A stretch of DNA of 64,000 nucleotides, from the NCBI GenBank assembly GCA_050011175.1, contig JBEKJR010000008.1, positions 73,610 through 137,609 on the forward strand, given 5' to 3'. Of the stretch, positions 59,038 through 64,000 are shown one piece after another; within the stretch, counting starts at the first letter, position 1, and each line of letters opens with the position of its first letter. The notes below the pieces were generated by a model. That model had not been told where the DNA came from. It made no database searches and worked only from the letters and a program-made list of their open reading frames with translations. Origin of the DNA: Terracidiphilus sp. (GTDB taxonomy: Bacteria > Acidobacteriota > Terriglobia > Terriglobales > Acidobacteriaceae). Made by a program: the position numbers and the translations under genes.

Positions 59038-59472
59038 TCACTGGTGGGCGATGGCCGGAAGAAAGCTTATCCGGAACGCCAGGAATTGCAGGATTCCGAA
59101 TAGAACGATCAGGGCAGCGCCGGGCGCCGACCATCGAGCCCGGCTCAGGCACAGCCAGATGCCCGCCGAGCTTGCAGTTCCGATAATGAGCGACAAGGCA
59201 ATTTCGACCGGCGAGTAATGCCCGTAGGTGAGATGCGCCCATCCCAGAAGAAGAAGCCAGATCATCACCATGATGCCCAGCCAAAAGAAAAGGCAGGGCA
59301 GAGCGCACCAGCGGGCGATCTCCCGCCGGTTGAAGCCCAGCACAATAGGAAACCAGAGAGGAAGCGTCTGCACCTCGTGGCGCAGCGAGCCGTGGCTGAC
59401 CGCGCCCACAATATAGAGCGCGATCAGCACGGCGAGAGAGCAAATTCCAATCCCCTTCAGATTGCTGGTCAT
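59038..59472 (-). CDS. Membrane hypothetical protein
   Basis: Four to five TM segments. Confidence 0.65.
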   Translation of the reverse strand: MTSNLKGIGICSLAVLIALYIVGAVSHGSLRHEVQTLPLWFPIVLGFNRREIARWCALPCLFFWLGIMVMIWLLLLGWAHLTYGHYSPVEIALSLIIGTASSAGIWLCLSRARWSAPGAALIVLFGILQFLAFRISFLPAIAHQ

Positions 59473-59490
59473 GACGGGATTTCCTTTCTG

Positions 59491-59904
59491 TTACTCGACC
59501 GGCGCGGCCAGAAGGTAGACGTAGGCCAGCAGGGCCACGCCGATGAGGCCGGGGATCAGGCCGACCAAATAAGGAATGTCTGGATCAGTTTTGGATATGG
59601 CCCACATAAAGATCACCATCGCCACTCCTACGGCAACGCAGATCAGGCCGCCAATCTTCATGCCTTCGCGAGATTTGATCCGGTTGAGCCGATCCTCTTC
59701 CTTCAGCAGCTCAATGGCGGCCTTGGCGCCCTCGCCCGAGGACTCGGTAATCCGCCGCAGGTTCTCAGACCTGTAAAACGCCTCACGATCCTTTTGCTGA
59801 GAACTGAAGCGAACGGAGAAGATTAAAAACGTAAACACCGCCACGGTGCCCACTATCGGGATACAAACGCCGAGAATCGGAATCAGAATGCCAAAATGTT
59901 CCAT
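59491..59904 (-). CDS. DUF6249-like membrane protein
   Basis: AAGGAGG RBS; TM, charged linker, then GGLICVAVGVAM...GLIPGLIGVALL. Confidence 0.7.
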   Translation of the reverse strand: MEHFGILIPILGVCIPIVGTVAVFTFLIFSVRFSSQQKDREAFYRSENLRRITESSGEGAKAAIELLKEEDRLNRIKSREGMKIGGLICVAVGVAMVIFMWAISKTDPDIPYLVGLIPGLIGVALLAYVYLLAAPVE

Positions 59905-59943
59905 TTCTTCCTCCTTGCCGGGGAGTCTTCCCCATGCGATTGG

Positions 59944-60036
59944 TAGGACAGGCGGCAGGTGAAACCGGTTGCATAATTTCAAAAAAAGAGCGATTTCAAG
60001 AGAAAATGCAACCAGAGCGGGAGAGAGCGGGTCATA
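59944..60036. promoter_or_regulatory. Back-to-back ECF promoters TGCAACC-N17-GTC(A/C)TA
   Basis: Minus strand 59973-59944 and plus strand 60007-60036. Confidence 0.7.
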
Positions 60037-60061
60037 CTATCCGCAGAGGCATGACCTCAGG

Positions 60062-60724
60062 ATGAAAACCGCAACCAGCGCCGACAACAACCAGGCCGAC
60101 CTTGCGGACGTTGCGCGCGTGCTGGACGGCGATGTGCAGGCCTTCGAGGGAATCGTTCGCCGCTGGCAGGGACCGCTCGTTAACATGGCCTGGCGTTACT
60201 GCCGCGATCGCGGGCGCGCCGAGGAGATGGCCCAGGAGGCTTTTCTGCGCGCCTGGCGAGGGTTGAGCCGCTGGCGGCGGGAGTCGAGTTTTTCCACCTG
60301 GCTGTTCGCGCTTGCGGCCAACGTCTATCGCACAGAATTGAAGCGATTCCCCACAGAGACACTGCCTCTGGAGGCTGCGCCCGAGCCGGCCGGCCCGGCC
60401 ACACAGCACAATGAAATGGCCGCGCAGTTGAGCCACGATGCGGTGCGACGGGCCGTTCTAACGCTGCCTCTGCGCTACCGCGAACCGGTGGTTCTCTTCT
60501 ATTTTCACGAGATGGACGTGGCCGCGGCAGCGCGCACGCTGGGGATGCCGGAAGGAACGTTGAAGGCTCGCCTCTCCCGGGCGCGGGAGCTGTTGCGACA
60601 GCGATTTCCGAAGCTGGAAGAGGAGCATGATTCCCACCCATCGCAAAGAACGCGATGGATGGGGCACCAACATTTCGGTCAGGATGAAATAACTGAAGAC
60701 ATAGGAAAGGAGGCCGCACGATGA
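60062..60724 (+). CDS. ECF sigma-70 factor
   Basis: AEEMAQEAFLRAW, FSTWLF and LGMPEGTLKARLSRAR motifs. Confidence 0.93.
   Translation: MKTATSADNNQADLADVARVLDGDVQAFEGIVRRWQGPLVNMAWRYCRDRGRAEEMAQEAFLRAWRGLSRWRRESSFSTWLFALAANVYRTELKRFPTETLPLEAAPEPAGPATQHNEMAAQLSHDAVRRAVLTLPLRYREPVVLFYFHEMDVAAAARTLGMPEGTLKARLSRARELLRQRFPKLEEEHDSHPSQRTRWMGHQHFGQDEITEDIGKEAAR
60633..60668. repeat. Family A hairpin in frame in the sigma C-terminal tail
   Basis: cccacccatcgcaaagaacgcgatggatggggcacc. Confidence 0.8.
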
Positions 60725-61173
60725 AACGAGCCAGAACAGAGCGCAACGAAGCCGAGAATACGAGGATTGAGACGGAGATCAACCACATTCTGGCGACGGA
60801 AGAGGAGTTAATGCCCTCCTCGGGCTTTGCGAGCGCGGTGATGGACCGTGTGCGGCAAGAGACCGCGTTGCCTGCGCCGATTCCCTTTCCGTGGAAGCGG
60901 GCGATTCCCCTACTGCTGCTGGCCTGCGGAGGCATCGTCTGGAGCACACTAGAGTTGGTTCGTATCGGCCTGCCGGGGCTCGGCCTGATCACGCGCGGGC
61001 AGGCTGGACTCAGTCAACCTGGGCTGAGCTGGCTGACGAATCCTCTGGCAAATCTTTCCGCAGTGCAAGCGCGTCCCGTCGAGCAGGCGGGTTGGGTGGC
61101 TCTGGCGCTGGGCATTTCGCTGCTCTCCTGGCTGCTGTCGCGCCGCCTGGCCGGGCGCGGCGGGCTGCTGTAG
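60721..61173 (+). CDS. Putative anti-sigma membrane protein
   Basis: ATGA overlap with the sigma gene; PSSGFASAVMDRV helix followed by two TMs. Confidence 0.65.
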   Translation: MKRARTERNEAENTRIETEINHILATEEELMPSSGFASAVMDRVRQETALPAPIPFPWKRAIPLLLLACGGIVWSTLELVRIGLPGLGLITRGQAGLSQPGLSWLTNPLANLSAVQARPVEQAGWVALALGISLLSWLLSRRLAGRGGLL

Positions 61174-61211
61174 CATCGAAGGCAATGGACTCTTCGCAGG
61201 AGGCAACCGTA

Positions 61212-61640
61212 ATGGCCGACCCTCTGGAACGCTTTGTGAGCGCCCAGGCGGCGGTCTTTCCGCAGGTTCTGGAGGAGTTGCGCGCAGGCGAAAAGCGCAG
61301 TCACTGGATTTGGTTCATCTTTCCGCAGATGAAGGGGCTGGGACACAGCTCGCAGTCGGAGTATTACGGCATCGGCTCGCTGGAAGAGGCGGCGGCTTAT
61401 CTGCGGCATCCGGTTCTGGGCGCGCGACTGCGGCAATGCACGCTGTTGGTGACACAGGTGGAGGGACGCGCCATCAGCCGGATTCTCGGGTATCCCGACG
61501 ATCTGAAGTTCCGCTCGTCGATGACGCTCTTTGCCCGCGCCGCCGTAGAGGCCGGGCTGGACGGCACGGAGTTCAACGACGCGCTGAAGAAATACTTCAA
61601 CAGCGAGGGCGATCCGCTGACGGTGGCGATGCTGCGCTAG
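61212..61640 (+). CDS. DUF1810-family protein
   Basis: LERFVSAQ, KRSHWIWFIFPQ, YLRHPVLGARL and DDLKFRSSMTLF motifs. Confidence 0.92.
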   Translation: MADPLERFVSAQAAVFPQVLEELRAGEKRSHWIWFIFPQMKGLGHSSQSEYYGIGSLEEAAAYLRHPVLGARLRQCTLLVTQVEGRAISRILGYPDDLKFRSSMTLFARAAVEAGLDGTEFNDALKKYFNSEGDPLTVAMLR

Positions 61641-61642
61641 AG

Positions 61643-62374
61643 TTACTCGATGGCAAAGACGGCGTAGACGGTGGCTATGCAACTCACCTTGCGCGGCTCA
61701 ATGGCTAAAGGCGCTGATAGTTGAGCGAGTCTGCCTGCAACTGGCCCGGAACTGTTGGCAACCACCTCTCGCGACCTACCAAGAGCACTGTAAGGTGTAG
61801 AGATCTCATTAGTCACATAAATTAGTGCACCGAGTTTGACGCCCATGCCTTTGGCCAGCACGGTGGCATTCGCCCTGGCTCTTGCGGCTGCCTGGTCAAG
61901 CGCCTGATCTTCAAGCGCCTTCTCGTCCTTCACCGTCCAATCGATCTGGCCACTATCGGTAGCGCCCGCGGTGATTGCCACGTCCAAAATCTCGGCGGCT
62001 CGTTCCGGCGGAGTCTTCACCGTCCATTCCTGCACCAGCTTGAACTTGTGCATCTTGTCATACATGCGCTCCAATCGCTGACTCTCGCTGCGGATCGAAG
62101 TCTCCGGAATTCCGGCCTGCTTGAGCGCAGCCACAATCACGTTGGATGTCTTTGCGCCATTGGCATAGGCGGTTTTGGCGTCGTAGGCCAGCGTCTCAAA
62201 GCCTATATGCAGAATGGCGATCTCTGGATCGGTGATCACACGCGCCTCAGCGTTGACGGTGAGGGTGCGGTTCGTGGGCTCGATCTTGAGTTGAACCTGA
62301 CTGGTTTGCTGCGCTGCGGCTGCCGCACAGTTGACGATGAGCGCAAATGCAGCGATTACTTGCTTTAGAGACAT
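61643..62374 (-). CDS. SIMPL (DUF541) domain protein
   Basis: Signal peptide, RTLTVNAEARV...DPEIA and AAARARANATVLAKGMGVKLG motifs. Confidence 0.88.
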   Translation of the reverse strand: MSLKQVIAAFALIVNCAAAAAQQTSQVQLKIEPTNRTLTVNAEARVITDPEIAILHIGFETLAYDAKTAYANGAKTSNVIVAALKQAGIPETSIRSESQRLERMYDKMHKFKLVQEWTVKTPPERAAEILDVAITAGATDSGQIDWTVKDEKALEDQALDQAAARARANATVLAKGMGVKLGALIYVTNEISTPYSALGRSREVVANSSGPVAGRLAQLSAPLAIEPRKVSCIATVYAVFAIE

Positions 62375-62579
62375 AAAATGACTCCTTTCATCCCTTGGAC
62401 GTATAGCATACAGAAACTTGCAGAATATTTGGAAGTTTTTCATTCTCTGTGACAGGATGGAAGCAGTGGCTGGGGCAGGATTCAGAACCGCTGTAAATAT
62501 GTTCGCGAACGATCGCAACTCCTGACAATATCCGTGGTCTAACAGGATGGATATCCCTATTCAATTACGAGGAAGGCCG

Positions 62580-64000
62580 ATGATGAAGAAAGCCGCCCTG
62601 ATTGTTCTGCTTGCCGGCATTGCCCTGACGCAGTTGCCCGCTCAACAACCGGAGACAGCCCCGCCTGTGCAACCGCAACCGGCGGCGCAGGAAGCGCCCG
62701 CGCAGGCTCCGAACGCGGCGCAGACCCCCTCGCCGGTACAAGCACCGAGCTCAGGGCAGGAAACGCCTGCACAACCAACCCCGCCGGCACAAACTCCAAA
62801 TGCGGCACAGCCTCCGAATACGGCACAACCTGCCAATAGCAATTACACGCTGCGTATCATGGCGCGCCTGGTCATACTCGACATGGTTGTGGTGGACAAA
62901 AAGGGCGTAGTGGTCAAGGGCCTGAAGCGCGATGATTTCAAGGTGGAGGAAGTTGGGGAGCCGCAGACCATTCTGAACTTTGAAGAGGCCGGCGCGCATA
63001 CTCCCAAGCCGGAGATCACCATCGACTCCACTGCCGATCTCGACCGGCTCGCTCCGCGCGCTCCCGTCGACATCATTCTTCTCGACGAGTTCAACACCCG
63101 CTTTGAGGACATGGCATTCGCGCGCTATTCGCTGAAGAAGTATCTGGACAAGCAGCCGGAAAAACTCGCTACGCCGACGATGCTGATCGCGGTCGACTTG
63201 CAGCACTTTACCGTGTTGCACGACTACACGCAAAACAAGGAAGAGATCCTATCCGCGCTCAATCATCACTTTGTGGCATATCCCTGGCAGGTTCACCAGG
63301 GCGCCTGGGTGGCCGAGCGCTACGCCACCGCCTTCATTACCTTGCGGCGCGTGGCGCAGGCGGTGATGGGCCATCCGGGGCACAAGAACATGATCTGGAT
63401 CGGGCGCGGTTTTCCGCCGACGCGCCGCATAATGAACGGCTGGTCTCTCGACACGGAAAACCGCATTCACAACGCCGTGCAGGATTGCGTGAATGTGTTG
63501 CGAGATGCGCGGGTGACGCTTTACACCATTGATCCGGCGGGCGTGATGGTGGACCCAGGCGTTTACGGCGGCGACCCCATGGCCGATCCGTTTGGGGGCA
63601 ACTACGAGTTCAATCGGATGGCGAAGGCGACTGGCGGCCGGACCCTCTATGGCCGGAACGATGTGGATGCGGAGGTCCAGACCGCCATTCAAGACGGAGC
63701 GAACTTCTATACACTCACTTACCGGCCAACGAATACTTCGTACGATCCGCAGAAATTTCGCAAAATCAAGGTCACCGTGAATCAGCCTGATCTCAAGGTC
63801 ATTACGCGGGAGGGCTATTACCTGGAATATGGTCCGGGGAGGGTGAATCCGGAGAACCCGTCGCGGCGTCTGCTCACTGATCTGGCTGCCGCCGATTCCA
63901 GCAACATGGTCTATGACGGCGTTCCCATTACGATACGGCAGGTAGCCAACGAACCGGATTCGTTCGCGGTGCATGTCGATGGCCGCGGGTTGGTATGGTC
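62580..64000 (+). CDS. Acidobacterial VWA-domain protein, 3' truncated by the window
   Basis: Signal peptide, Pro/Gln/Ala linker, LVILDMVVVDKKG...GLKRDDF, ILLDEFNT, KNMIWIGRGFP and ATGGR motifs. Confidence 0.88.
   Translation, partial: MMKKAALIVLLAGIALTQLPAQQPETAPPVQPQPAAQEAPAQAPNAAQTPSPVQAPSSGQETPAQPTPPAQTPNAAQPPNTAQPANSNYTLRIMARLVILDMVVVDKKGVVVKGLKRDDFKVEEVGEPQTILNFEEAGAHTPKPEITIDSTADLDRLAPRAPVDIILLDEFNTRFEDMAFARYSLKKYLDKQPEKLATPTMLIAVDLQHFTVLHDYTQNKEEILSALNHHFVAYPWQVHQGAWVAERYATAFITLRRVAQAVMGHPGHKNMIWIGRGFPPTRRIMNGWSLDTENRIHNAVQDCVNVLRDARVTLYTIDPAGVMVDPGVYGGDPMADPFGGNYEFNRMAKATGGRTLYGRNDVDAEVQTAIQDGANFYTLTYRPTNTSYDPQKFRKIKVTVNQPDLKVITREGYYLEYGPGRVNPENPSRRLLTDLAAADSSNMVYDGVPITIRQVANEPDSFAVHVDGRGLVW

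Overview
High-GC chromosomal window whose gene content (Acidobacterial-type VWA protein, lpxI, asnS, DUF5668 and ECF operons) suggests Acidobacteriota, probably Terriglobales. This taxonomy is inferred, not searched. The backbone is housekeeping and envelope genes: glgC, asnS, glpK, an S1/rpsA-like gene, alaS, waaA-lpxK-GT9, queD, a dinG-like helicase, asmA, fabZ-lpxA-lpxI, bcp, mltD, lepA, skp and bamA. It also carries two ECF sigma modules, five toxin-antitoxin pairs, tRNA-Phe(GAA) and a T-arm-damaged tRNA-Leu(CAA). I found no CRISPR array, integrase, transposase or prophage. The most notable unexplained signals are: (1) a DsbA with a twin-arginine-like motif coupled to a secreted 10-Cys granulin-like mini-protein; (2) a low-GC cassette and an in-frame octamer array inside the essential alaS gene; (3) nested palindromic/MITE repeats, some inserted in frame into lpxK and an ECF sigma factor; (4) a DnaA-box cluster with a perfect CRP-type site between the convergent lepA and skp genes; (5) twin divergent ECF promoters sharing one motif. 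GC and skew values were hand-counted on sampled 60-nt lines only.
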